Virus record (IMG/VR): IMGVR_UViG_3300049259_000045
DNA: 29,734 nucleotides
Origin: an uncultured virus (IMG/VR IMGVR_UViG_3300049259_000045)
Lineage: Duplodnaviria; Heunggongvirae; Uroviricota; Caudoviricetes
Reading direction: 5' to 3' (one strand)
The notes under the pieces were generated by a model. That model was not told the DNA's origin. It saw only the letters and a program-made list of their open reading frames with translations, and ran no database searches. Positions within the stretch are counted from its first letter, which is position 1. Each line of letters opens with the position of its first letter. This document shows positions 15,887 to 23,764 of the stretch, one piece after another. The translations under genes and the position numbers were made by a program.

Positions 15887-15941
15887 TTGTAGAACAATTT
15901 TAACACGCCTCCGCCCCCGGTGTCAAGATCACCGGGGGCGG
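15887..15941 (-). promoter_or_regulatory. Class B promoter fused with hairpin
   Basis: TTGACA-N18-TAAAAT then TGTTCTACAA; 12-bp stem 15911-15922/15930-15941. Confidence 0.85.
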
Positions 15942-15954
15942 GGTGGGCGGTCGA

Positions 15955-16146
15955 TCAGACGGCGGGGGTGACCAGCTCCTGGCCCTTGTAGTTGACGATC
16001 GACTGGAAGAGGGTGCCCTTGGCGTCCTCCATCGTCGCGACCTGCAGGCCACCTCGCGTCTTGAGGTTGGTGACGGTCAGCGCGCCAGTGACCTTGTTCT
16101 CTTCGGCGCGGGTCCAGTTGACCTGAGTTCCGACGGTGACCTTCAT
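15955..16146 (-). CDS. Small hypothetical protein (63 aa, MKVTVGTQ...)
   Basis: AAGGAGCACAAAATG start context. Confidence 0.8.
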   Translation of the reverse strand: MKVTVGTQVNWTRAEENKVTGALTVTNLKTRGGLQVATMEDAKGTLFQSIVNYKGQELVTPAV

Positions 16147-16174
16147 TTTGTGCTCCTTATTTTGTCCCGCGTCC

Positions 16175-16253
16175 TTGTAAAACAATTATAACATATTACT
16201 AACATTGAGCACAAGTCCGCCCGGCCACCCAACTCAGGGTGGCCGGGCGGACT
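16175..16253 (-). promoter_or_regulatory. Class B promoter abutting hairpin
   Basis: TTGTGC-N18-TATAAT then TGTTTTACAA; 17-bp stem 16214-16230/16237-16253. Confidence 0.85.
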
Positions 16254-16261
16254 GTTGACCG

Positions 16262-16885
16262 TTACGGCTTGGGGGCAGCCGAGGGGGTCGGAGTGTTGCC
16301 GCCGCTGACCGGGGCGTCCAGCTCGGGAACGTCGCTGTAGATCTTGAGCGGCTGGCTACTGACCACGAACGGCTGATCGGTCTCGACCAGGTTGCCGTTG
16401 GTGGTGAAGAAGAACACCCCGGAGTCACCGCCCTCGCTCGGGCCGTAGCTTCCGTCGTCACCGATGGCCAGGTTGGTGCAGGACTCGTTGGTTCCGCTGT
16501 ACCCGCAGTGGACGTTGATGTCCGTGCTGGTCATCTGCGATCCGGTCGAGGACACCTTGCCGGTGATCACGTAGTAGCCGATGACCTTGTCGGTCATCCC
16601 CGCGAAGACGTAGACGTAGTTCGTGGAGCCCTTGCTGTTGTAGTACTTCAGCCGACGCGACAGGTTCTTCCGCTCCAGCGGGTCCGAGGGCATGGAGCTG
16701 GCGAACGGGTACGGAACCGCCGCGCTGAACTCGTTGGCTTCGTTCGCCGCGATGTTGTTCTGCGACGCCTGCGCCTTGCTGGCCTTGCTGCCGCCACCGG
16801 TGCACGCGGTCATCCCGAAAGCACCGGCCATCAGGAGGAGCACAGCTCCGCCGATGGTTGCCCTTTTGGCCTTGAGTGAACTCAT
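16262..16885 (-). CDS. Putative lipoprotein
   Basis: Basic N-terminus, hydrophobic helix, lipobox-like MTA-C; ATG 16885 with AGGAG RBS. Confidence 0.75.
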   Translation of the reverse strand: MSSLKAKRATIGGAVLLLMAGAFGMTACTGGGSKASKAQASQNNIAANEANEFSAAVPYPFASSMPSDPLERKNLSRRLKYYNSKGSTNYVYVFAGMTDKVIGYYVITGKVSSTGSQMTSTDINVHCGYSGTNESCTNLAIGDDGSYGPSEGGDSGVFFFTTNGNLVETDQPFVVSSQPLKIYSDVPELDAPVSGGNTPTPSAAPKP

Positions 16886-16905
16886 GTTGCTTGATCTCCT
16901 GGGTG

Positions 16906-17316
16906 TCAGTTGGTGGTGCAGTAGTCCGCGACGTTCACGGATGTCGGCAAGCCGACCGGAATCCACTGGTTTCCGAGCACGTTCTGCGCGTCAGCGTTGT
17001 ACGTGGCCACGTCGGTGGCGCAGTTCATCACGGCGCCGTCGAGGTTCATCTGGTCCTGCTTGGTGGCGCCGGTAGCGGTGGCCGCAGTCTGCAGAACGCC
17101 GATGTTGGACTTGTCGGCCTGCAGGTTGTTGAAGTCGGTGTTGTAGGTCGCCGACCAGTGCTCTCGGTTGTTAGAGCTGTTCTGGTCCTTGTGCACCTGA
17201 CCGGAACCGCCGACGCCCGACCAAGCCACGGTCAGTGCCCAGATGCCAACGCCAACCACTATCAACCCGAGGCTGGCCAGCAGCGCGAGGGCTATTGCCT
17301 TGCCGGTACTCATCAT
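16906..17316 (-). CDS. Membrane-anchored/secreted protein
   Basis: N-terminal TM helix, two Cys in the external domain. Confidence 0.8.
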   Translation of the reverse strand: MMSTGKAIALALLASLGLIVVGVGIWALTVAWSGVGGSGQVHKDQNSSNNREHWSATYNTDFNNLQADKSNIGVLQTAATATGATKQDQMNLDGAVMNCATDVATYNADAQNVLGNQWIPVGLPTSVNVADYCTTN

Positions 17317-17359
17317 TCCTCGTTCTAACTCCTAACTGAGTGAGGCGGGTGTGCCCCCT

Positions 17360-17389
17360 AGTAAAACATACTCAGCGGGTACTACACAA
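17360..17389 (-). promoter_or_regulatory. Promoter
   Basis: TTGTGT-N18-TTTACT with extended TG. Confidence 0.6.
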
Positions 17390-17390
17390 G

Positions 17391-18089
17391 CTACCCGGCC
17401 ATCCCTCGGGCCAATATCGGCCACATCAACATGGGCCAGGTTGTCCCGCACTTCGGACACCGGATGCTGAGGGCGCCCACCCTCACCGACAGAGGATGTT
17501 GACACAGCCCTACACCTATGGTGATGGTAGGGCACTTGCCGAGTGGGATTTTGGGAGCGCCGTGGCCAGCCGGGTCTCCTGGGTCGATCACTCTCTTACA
17601 GTCCTGCGTTATGTGATGCAGGTCCCGCTTGAAGTTGCCGAAATCGCGTCGGGTTTCTGTTGCCCAGGGCAGGTTGGACCGCAGCGACTCGATGGCTAGG
17701 TCGAACTGTCCCCTTATCACTTTGCCGTCTGGTCCACGCGAGGTGATCTCGGGTCCGGACCATTCGGGTGGTTTGACTGCTCGGTGAGCGGACCAGTCCT
17801 GCGCCCACCCCTGCACAGTGGTCATGGCTCCCCCCTTGGTGACCACGCTCATTGCGTTGAAATTGAGTGGGGTCGGAGCCTCAACCCTGCGAACCGATAT
17901 CTCGGAATGCTGGGTTGAGGACGACTGGAGGGCGGCTGCCCCCATTTTGATCAAGGTAGCGTACAGTCCGCGTTCCCCGGTCAATTCACTGAAATTGACC
18001 TCGACTTCGGCTTGACACTCGCCGCAAACCAGTCGAGAGTCCCCCTTTATGATCCGGTGGCAGGACACGCACCGAATGTCTTTTTCCAC
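17391..18089 (-). CDS. Phage zinc-ribbon protein
   Basis: N-terminal CVSC/CGEC and C-terminal CP..C/CPKC motifs; architecture common in actinophages. Confidence 0.75.
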   Translation of the reverse strand: MEKDIRCVSCHRIIKGDSRLVCGECQAEVEVNFSELTGERGLYATLIKMGAAALQSSSTQHSEISVRRVEAPTPLNFNAMSVVTKGGAMTTVQGWAQDWSAHRAVKPPEWSGPEITSRGPDGKVIRGQFDLAIESLRSNLPWATETRRDFGNFKRDLHHITQDCKRVIDPGDPAGHGAPKIPLGKCPTITIGVGLCQHPLSVRVGALSIRCPKCGTTWPMLMWPILARGMAG

Positions 18090-18098
18090 TTGCTGGCC

Positions 18099-18815
18099 TT
18101 ACTTGTAGGACGGGAACTGCCTATCCACCTGCTTGGCCAGCCTGCGCGCACGACGCGCATCTGACGTCCCCTGAATCGACCGGAGCGTATCGACCAAGCC
18201 GCCCTGCTCCACCACGTAGAATGTGGAGTCGATTTCTATCCAGCCCCCGGGATGCGAACCCCGGTCGATACGAGCGCCGTCGAGCACTAATATCGAAATT
18301 ACGTGAACCCCGAGAGCGTCCCGAACTCGCGAGGTTTCCCACCTGATCGTGTTGACGTTGTCGGTTTTGCACCACGGACCGTAGTACAGATCGTTGCCGC
18401 GCATGCGTACCGGCGCCTTGTTGGCGTGCCAAGCCTTAGTGTCCCCCACTATGACAGCCTGGCCGGACGGGTGAACCCACACATGATCAAGGTTAGCTTT
18501 GGATCGCGGGATGGACCTATCGTCAAACAGGTACCAGCCGTCCCGCCCCAGCCGCCGGACGATCTTCCCTGTACGGGCCTCACCGGCTGCCCCCTGGCGC
18601 CAGCGCTGCCCTACCTCCCGCACGCCACGGAGACCTACCGTGGCCCCTCCGGCGACGCCGAGAACGGCCCCTGCTGCTCCAGCCCCCGGATTGTACGAGA
18701 GGCCCAGAAGACCCCCTCCGACGGCTCCAGCTATCACCCATCCTTTCGCGCTCTTGACTTTGTCGGTTGTCAGTTGCCTGGCCCTGGCCCTGGCAGAAGA
18801 ACCGGCCTTACCCAC
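18099..18815 (-). CDS. NERD (nuclease-related domain) membrane protein
   Basis: Two TM helices then GAAGEART...DDRSIPRSKANLDHVWV...DTKAW PD-(D/E)xK-type motif. Confidence 0.85.
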   Translation of the reverse strand: MGKAGSSARARARQLTTDKVKSAKGWVIAGAVGGGLLGLSYNPGAGAAGAVLGVAGGATVGLRGVREVGQRWRQGAAGEARTGKIVRRLGRDGWYLFDDRSIPRSKANLDHVWVHPSGQAVIVGDTKAWHANKAPVRMRGNDLYYGPWCKTDNVNTIRWETSRVRDALGVHVISILVLDGARIDRGSHPGGWIEIDSTFYVVEQGGLVDTLRSIQGTSDARRARRLAKQVDRQFPSYK

Positions 18816-18838
18816 TTCTACCCCTCCTTAAATACGAC

Positions 18839-18875
18839 CGACCCCCCGGAGCGAATGTGCCGCCTCGGGGGGTCG
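18839..18875 (-). terminator. Hairpin
   Basis: CGACCCCCCG...CGGGGGGTCG downstream of stop at 18897. Confidence 0.6.
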
Positions 18876-18896
18876 ATTCGGTTGTGTGCGCGTCGC

Positions 18897-19577
18897 TTAG
18901 AAAAGCGACTCGTCGTCGGACCCGTTGGCGTCCGCGTTGGTCTCGGCCGAAGTGGCGCCCTTCGCGTCGGCGGTGGCCTGAGCCGCCGCAGCCGCGTCCT
19001 TGGCCTTCTGTTCGGCCGCAACCTTCTTCGCGGCCTCCTTCTCGGCCTTGGCCTTCTCGGCAGCCGCCTTCTTCTCGGCCTTGACCGCGTCGGCCTTGGC
19101 CTTCTTGTCGGCCTTCTCCTTCTCGCGCTCCGCCTTGGCCGCGTCGCGGGTGGCCGCACCGGCAGCCTTGGCGTCGGCCTCGGCCACCGCGCGAGCGATG
19201 CCGTCCCGGACCTTGGGGCCGAAACCGTACTCGTTGGCCGCGTCCTGCGCGCCCATCTCGATGTCCTCGTCGCCGACCCGCTTGTAGACGGACTCGCCGA
19301 CCGCGCCGAGCTTGATCAGGTGGCTCTTGAGCTTGGCATCGTGGCCCGGAGCGAAGTTGCCGCCGGTCGTCTGGGTGCAGGGGATCAGCTCCTCCAGCAC
19401 CGCCTCGCCGTCGACGTCCACGACCTTGCTGTACAGGCTGCACTTGCAGCGGCTCGGAACCTTGGGCTCCTTGGCCGGGGTCGCGGGGGTGACGGCCTCG
19501 GTCGCTTCGGGGGAAGTGCTCTCGGTCGCGTCCGACTCGGCCTGCTCGACCTCGGGCGCCTCGACTTCGGTGCTCAT
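18897..19577 (-). CDS. PGHDAKLK-family protein, copy 5, with Ala/Lys/Glu-rich tail
   Basis: RCKC...PC...FAPGHDAKLKSHLI; KAKADAVKAEKKAAAEKAKAEKEAAKK tail. Confidence 0.9.
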   Translation of the reverse strand: MSTEVEAPEVEQAESDATESTSPEATEAVTPATPAKEPKVPSRCKCSLYSKVVDVDGEAVLEELIPCTQTTGGNFAPGHDAKLKSHLIKLGAVGESVYKRVGDEDIEMGAQDAANEYGFGPKVRDGIARAVAEADAKAAGAATRDAAKAEREKEKADKKAKADAVKAEKKAAAEKAKAEKEAAKKVAAEQKAKDAAAAAQATADAKGATSAETNADANGSDDESLF

Positions 19578-19622
19578 CTGGCTTGTTCTCCTTGTTAGGG
19601 GGTATTTCTTGCTTGTATCCCG

Positions 19623-19690
19623 ATTCTATCACACCAACCGGGGGTTACACAAGTGGGGCGCGGTACCCGGTTGCCCGAGCCCGCGCCCCA
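19623..19690 (-). promoter_or_regulatory. Class C promoter with adjacent hairpin
   Basis: TTGTGT-N18-TAGAAT; stem TGGGGCGCGG/CCGCGCCCCA 19654-19690. Confidence 0.75.
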
Positions 19691-19700
19691 TCTTGTCAGG

Positions 19701-20081
19701 TCAGCGAACGGTGTGTCGCTGCGCCCACTTGAGCGGAGATTCGAGCACCACCGTGGCGGTTCCCGCCAACGACAGCGACATCAGCGGCCACAGGAAGTTG
19801 CTGACGCCCTGCTGGTGAAGGTACCACCCGGCTGCTCCGCCCAGCACCACCGCCGCGATGGTCTCCACCACCACGTACAGGCTGACCGCCCAGTTCACGT
19901 ACCGGATGCCCGCCTTCTTGACCACGTCGACGTCCACCGCGTTCACGCTGATGTGCGGCCGGTCTCCGTTGTACAGGTAGACCTTGGTTCGGCTGGCGAC
20001 CGTGGCTACCTTGTCGATCTGCCACAGTTCCTGCGTGTCCTTGACTCGGATGATGTCTCCGGGACGGACGAAATTTGCCAC
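19701..20081 (-). CDS. Membrane protein with N-terminal KOW-like segment
   Basis: VRPGDII N-terminus, two C-terminal TM helices; GGAGG RBS. Confidence 0.75.
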   Translation of the reverse strand: MANFVRPGDIIRVKDTQELWQIDKVATVASRTKVYLYNGDRPHISVNAVDVDVVKKAGIRYVNWAVSLYVVVETIAAVVLGGAAGWYLHQQGVSNFLWPLMSLSLAGTATVVLESPLKWAQRHTVR

Positions 20082-20093
20082 TTTTTACCTCCG

Positions 20094-20558
20094 TTACGCG
20101 GCCAGCGCCATCGGGCGGCTGGCCCATTCCAGGTCAAAAGCCGACTCCCACAGGAGGTCGGCGAGGGGAGCGTTTCCGTGCGAGTCTGCGCGGTCGGCTT
20201 GATCCATCAGCTTGCCGGTGATCAGGTCCATCACGTCCATCGGGCCGAGGTCGTCGGACAACTCCATCGGGGTGGTCTGCTCTTCGTGGCCGATGACCTC
20301 GAACTTAGCCGACCGAGAGTGGATGACGTAGCCGCTCAGTCGGTCCAACCGGAACGACTTCTCGATGTTGTCTTCATCCAGGTCCCGACCCACGATCGAG
20401 ATGTTGCCGTCCTGGCTGACCTTGGCGTCGGTCGGCTCGATGTGCCGGGTGCGGGTCTCCTCACCCGGCTTGGTGTACAGGAACGTGATCCGGTGGCCGC
20501 GCTCGGACGCACGCAGGAAGTGGACCAACGTCCAGTACTCGCTGCGGATCTTGCGCAT
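20094..20558 (-). CDS. Stand-alone WYL-domain protein
   Basis: ITFLYTK...RTRHIEP...IVGRD...KSFRLDRL; ATG 20558 with GGGAGG RBS. Confidence 0.85.
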   Translation of the reverse strand: MRKIRSEYWTLVHFLRASERGHRITFLYTKPGEETRTRHIEPTDAKVSQDGNISIVGRDLDEDNIEKSFRLDRLSGYVIHSRSAKFEVIGHEEQTTPMELSDDLGPMDVMDLITGKLMDQADRADSHGNAPLADLLWESAFDLEWASRPMALAA

Positions 20559-20595
20559 TCGGTGCCTCCCGGATCGTCCTCGTTCTTGTAGTACC

Positions 20596-20668
20596 ATTCT
20601 ACCATGGCAGTAGGAGCCCCCACAAGTTGCCGCCCCTGACCGGATCAGCTGGTCAGGGGCGGCAACTT
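20596..20668 (-). promoter_or_regulatory. Class C promoter overlapping hairpin base
   Basis: TTGTGG-N18-TAGAAT; 18-bp stem 20624-20641/20651-20668. Confidence 0.8.
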
Positions 20669-20672
20669 TGGG

Positions 20673-20867
20673 TCAGGTCCGTTCGTACGGTCCTAACTGG
20701 CGTTTGGTCGCGGCAGTCATCAACTGCATCAGGTCTTCGAGGTACTGCTCGGGGTGTTCGCCGGTCGGCTCCAGTCGGGCCAGCTCGGTCCCGTCGGAGC
20801 CGATCACCACGTAGTCCCCCGACTCGTCAACACGAACCTCCAGTAACATTCCAACGGTGGGGGACAC
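20673..20867 (-). CDS. Small hypothetical protein
   Basis: GTG 20867 with GAGGAG RBS (or ATG 20849). Confidence 0.6.
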   Translation of the reverse strand: MSPTVGMLLEVRVDESGDYVVIGSDGTELARLEPTGEHPEQYLEDLMQLMTAATKRQLGPYERT

Positions 20868-20868
20868 G

Positions 20869-21408
20869 TCAACGCTCCTCGGACAGCGAATTGGCCCAAT
20901 CGGCAAGAGACCGGAAGTCGGACGCCAGCAGGCCGAGACTCGGGTTTACCCAATGGGGCATGCCGAACTTCCCGCAAGTGCGCTCAATCAAGTCCTTGTC
21001 GGCAACACCGATCTCGTCATCCACCCATGCAAACGGACGACCATCGGCGTACCGGATAACGTCCTCAGTCTTGAAGTACACTCCGTTGGCGTACCGATAA
21101 GCGTACGGGTCGGACCACTTGATGGCCGGGATGGTCGGCAAGCCGATGTTGGGCCCGATGAATTCGTTGGCCTCGTCCTCCCAGGTGGTGGCCCACACCA
21201 AGTCAAACGGCAGCCGGAGCAGTTCGGCTCCGTGGCCGGGGTTCAGCCACACTCGCAACAGCTTGCGATTCAGGTCGGTCCAACGGATGTTGTTGGGTCC
21301 GATTGTCGGGTTGAGCCGGTGAGTCTGATATCCGGCCGGTCGGCGACCAGCGCTGTTGGCCCGAGGGTTGAGTGGTCCGTCTACGTCGATGAACAGCAGC
21401 GGCTTCAC
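20869..21408 (-). CDS. HAD-superfamily protein (Swiss-Army-Knife RNA-repair-associated HAD type)
   Basis: LLFIDVDGPLN, VWATTWEDEAN, K, FAWVDDE motifs; GTG 21408 overlaps upstream stop. Confidence 0.85.
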   Translation of the reverse strand: MKPLLFIDVDGPLNPRANSAGRRPAGYQTHRLNPTIGPNNIRWTDLNRKLLRVWLNPGHGAELLRLPFDLVWATTWEDEANEFIGPNIGLPTIPAIKWSDPYAYRYANGVYFKTEDVIRYADGRPFAWVDDEIGVADKDLIERTCGKFGMPHWVNPSLGLLASDFRSLADWANSLSEER

Positions 21409-21785
21409 TTCGGGAACCTCTTTCCGGGCAGGGCGGGATGGTTGGCGCCCATGCACACCTGGCTTCGGTGCAGGTGCGGAGCGGCTTTCTTACCCTCGTA
21501 AGAAACGTCAACCAACCTGCCGCACAGCGAGCAGCGGTAGCATCGGACCATCGCAATATGGGTCATCTGAGACGACCATTGGGCAACCCGAACTTCCGGG
21601 TTGTCCGGACCGGTGTGCCGGGAAAAGTCCTCCCCAGCCAACACGGTGTACTCGAAACCCCAGCGAGTCTCTTCGACTCCGGTGATTTTAGCTGTTCCGC
21701 CGATCAGGGACCGAGCCCACTCCTGTCCAACGTGGAAAACCCGGTCCCCGACCTCCAGCTTGGCGTCATGAGCTGGCACGGACAC
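21405..21785 (-). CDS. Hypothetical protein, SH3-like N-terminus and C-terminal Cys/His cluster
   Basis: LEVGDRVFH; CSLC...H...C; AGGAGG RBS. Confidence 0.7.
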   Translation of the reverse strand: MSVPAHDAKLEVGDRVFHVGQEWARSLIGGTAKITGVEETRWGFEYTVLAGEDFSRHTGPDNPEVRVAQWSSQMTHIAMVRCYRCSLCGRLVDVSYEGKKAAPHLHRSQVCMGANHPALPGKRFPK

Positions 21786-21803
21786 CTCCTCTCTGTTGTA
21801 CCC

Positions 21804-21847
21804 ATTCTATCATGGGTGTGGCCCCCGGCACAATCGCTGGGGGCCAC
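21804..21847 (-). promoter_or_regulatory. Class C promoter fused with hairpin
   Basis: TTGTGC-N18-TAGAAT; stem 21818-21829/21836-21847. Confidence 0.8.
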
Positions 21848-21863
21848 CGACGGAACGGGCTGT

Positions 21864-22070
21864 TTAGAGGACCTTGCCGGTCTGGTTGAAGTGGCGGATC
21901 GTCAGGGAGGCGTTCGAACGGCGCTTGGCGTCCAGGGCGGAGAGGGTGCCCGCCCGGTTCAGCTTCGCGTTGATCTCGTTCAACGTGCTCTGCGCGAACT
22001 CGACGCGCTTGCGGCTGGAGCGCTCAGCGGGGAGGAGCCGGGTGATCTGAGCCTCGGTGACGTTCTGCAT
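21864..22070 (-). CDS. Small basic hypothetical protein (68 aa, MQNVTEAQ...)
   Basis: AAGGAGCACAAAATG start context. Confidence 0.8.
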   Translation of the reverse strand: MQNVTEAQITRLLPAERSSRKRVEFAQSTLNEINAKLNRAGTLSALDAKRRSNASLTIRHFNQTGKVL

Positions 22071-22097
22071 TTTGTGCTCCTTCGTTGTTCCCCGACC

Positions 22098-22137
22098 TTG
22101 TAAAACAATTATAACATGTCGGAGCACATTAACGCAA
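22098..22137 (-). promoter_or_regulatory. Class B promoter
   Basis: TTGCGT-N18-TATAAT then TGTTTTACAA. Confidence 0.85.
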
Positions 22138-22155
22138 CCCAGTTCGGCAATTCGA

Positions 22156-22398
22156 TCAATGCGATCCTTCGAACTGGGCTGATGACCACGTGAAGCTGAC
22201 GATCTGAACCATCCGGGGGTCCAAGTCGGGGTCGATGTGATCGAGCGCCCACGCGATAGACGAAGCTTCCACGTCGTCCTCGGTGAACGGACCTGACACG
22301 CTTCCCGACCCGTTGCTCTGGCCCAGTTGAAGCTCTCCGTACTCGTTGCTGATGCTGAGTTCGACGTGCCACACGAACTCGGTTACCTCGTTGCCCAT
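22156..22398 (-). CDS. Small acidic hypothetical protein
   Basis: GGAGG RBS, own promoter. Confidence 0.75.
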   Translation of the reverse strand: MGNEVTEFVWHVELSISNEYGELQLGQSNGSGSVSGPFTEDDVEASSIAWALDHIDPDLDPRMVQIVSFTWSSAQFEGSH

Positions 22399-22433
22399 GA
22401 CGTGTCCTCCCCAATCCGGCCTGTGTTAGTACC

Positions 22434-22477
22434 ATTCTAACACGCTGCTGCCCCCGGCCACAATCACCGGGGGCAGC
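22434..22477 (-). promoter_or_regulatory. Class C promoter fused with hairpin
   Basis: TTGTGG-N18-TAGAAT; stem 22447-22457/22467-22477 with the -35 in the loop. Confidence 0.8.
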
Positions 22478-22491
22478 TGACCTGCAGGCTG

Positions 22492-22899
22492 TCAGTGGTC
22501 GAACGACCGGTCGGCGAGGATGCGGAACAGGTCGTTGGTGCCACCCTCGTCGGGTGTGTCCCACTTCCCGCGAGCCAACTCGCGGCCGGTCGAGTCCTCC
22601 GTGACCAGGTTGCCGTAGCCGTCCGTCACGAACGTCAGGACGTGGAACCCGCCGTTGCCCGCGTTGATGGTCATGGGCTCGACCCTGACGTCCTCGTTGC
22701 GAACCGCGTGCGGGCTGAGCTTGTCCTCAAGGGCTTCGGCCAGCAGCTTGGACAGCAGCTCGTGAGGGGTCACACCCGCTGCCTTGGCGACATGCTTCAC
22801 GGTTCGGGCGGTGGCCCCCGTGAGTCGTCCGTCGAAGTTCACGAACTCCAACGCTTCGGGCAGCTCGGTGTCCGGAGTCGTCTGGTTGGCGTTGTCCAC
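22492..22899 (-). CDS. Hypothetical protein, possible ribbon-helix-helix N-terminus
   Basis: GTG 22899 with AAGGAG RBS; TVKHVAKAAGVTPHELLSKLLAEAL resembles RHH helices. Confidence 0.7.
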   Translation of the reverse strand: MDNANQTTPDTELPEALEFVNFDGRLTGATARTVKHVAKAAGVTPHELLSKLLAEALEDKLSPHAVRNEDVRVEPMTINAGNGGFHVLTFVTDGYGNLVTEDSTGRELARGKWDTPDEGGTNDLFRILADRSFDH

Positions 22900-22938
22900 G
22901 ATGCGCTCCTTCGCGGTCAGGGAGCCGGGTGCCCCCTC

Positions 22939-22989
22939 TACAACAATTAAAACATGCCTCGACCCCGGAGGCAACCCCCGGGGTCGAGG
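22939..22989 (-). promoter_or_regulatory. Promoter (A/B hybrid) fused with hairpin
   Basis: TTGCCT-N17-TTTAAT then TGTTGTA; stem 22957-22968/22978-22989 with the -35 in the loop. Confidence 0.75.
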
Positions 22990-22993
22990 ACGA

Positions 22994-23659
22994 TCAGAAC
23001 CCGGCCACCTCGCGGAAGTAGTGGTAGGCCACGTTGTAATCGGCGTTGTCGATGGTGGTCGTCCGCAGCTCGGTCTTGTCGCGGAGCCACGCTTTGGCGG
23101 CTGTGGTGAACTCCTCCAACGCGGCGGCTTCGCCGACGAAGCTTGCACCGATCGGCTCTTGGCTGTTGCGCTGACCATCCGCGCGCTGCAGGTTCCGCAT
23201 CACGGCCTTGGTGGCGGAACCCTCGCCGCGAGCCTTCTTCTCCGCGCGGTCGATCCCCTTCGCTACCTGGATCGAGAACCCGAAGTCGCGGGCAGCCGCG
23301 ATGCTGTGCTCATAACCACCGAACATCGGGTAACCCCAAGCCTTGATCAGGATCGACTTGGCCTTGGCGTCGTGCCCGGGAAGGAACTTCCGGCCGTTGC
23401 CGGGGGTCCGGGTGGTGTCGCAACCGGTGTGCACAACCTCGCCATCCTTCCGAAACCCGAGACTGGCGCACGCGCACAGGTTGTGCGGGGTAAGGTCGCG
23501 GACCGGCACGTCCACCCAACCGGTCGGGGTGTCGTGCGAGAACGAGGGCAGGAGTTCCAGGCTGACGACCTGATTGCCGGACGGCATGTCCACCGGCTCA
23601 GTGCGAACCCATCCGATGGTGCCGTACACGGTCTTGACCACGGTCCCGATTTCGAGCAT
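22994..23659 (-). CDS. PGHDAK-family protein, copy 6, with extra N-terminal SH3-like domain
   Basis: LCAC...TGC...FLPGHDAKAKSILI; N-terminal EIGTVVKT..GTIGWV. Confidence 0.85.
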   Translation of the reverse strand: MLEIGTVVKTVYGTIGWVRTEPVDMPSGNQVVSLELLPSFSHDTPTGWVDVPVRDLTPHNLCACASLGFRKDGEVVHTGCDTTRTPGNGRKFLPGHDAKAKSILIKAWGYPMFGGYEHSIAAARDFGFSIQVAKGIDRAEKKARGEGSATKAVMRNLQRADGQRNSQEPIGASFVGEAAALEEFTTAAKAWLRDKTELRTTTIDNADYNVAYHYFREVAGF

Positions 23660-23681
23660 TTCTGGCCTCCCTTGTTGCTGT

Positions 23682-23754
23682 TAACACAATTAAATCACAC
23701 CAGAACGGTAGAACGCAAGTCCCCCCGCCCGTTGACCTTGGGCGGGGGGACTTG
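23682..23754 (-). promoter_or_regulatory. Class A promoter overlapping hairpin base
   Basis: TTGCGT-N18-TTTAAT within GTGTGATTTAATTGTGTTA; stem 23716-23730/23740-23754. Confidence 0.8.
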
Positions 23755-23764
23755 AAGTGTGTGA

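Noticed and set aside
15336..16253. Regularly spaced repeats resembling a CRISPR array
   Set aside because: Intervals are about 250-300 bp and contain RBS-led ORFs; the repeats match -10 promoter elements; no cas genes in the window.
20559..20597. ORF-track N-terminal extensions (also 2731, 3253, 15906, 16185, 22127, 24103, 24488)
   Set aside because: These starts lie within or upstream of the predicted promoters; downstream starts have clear RBSs.
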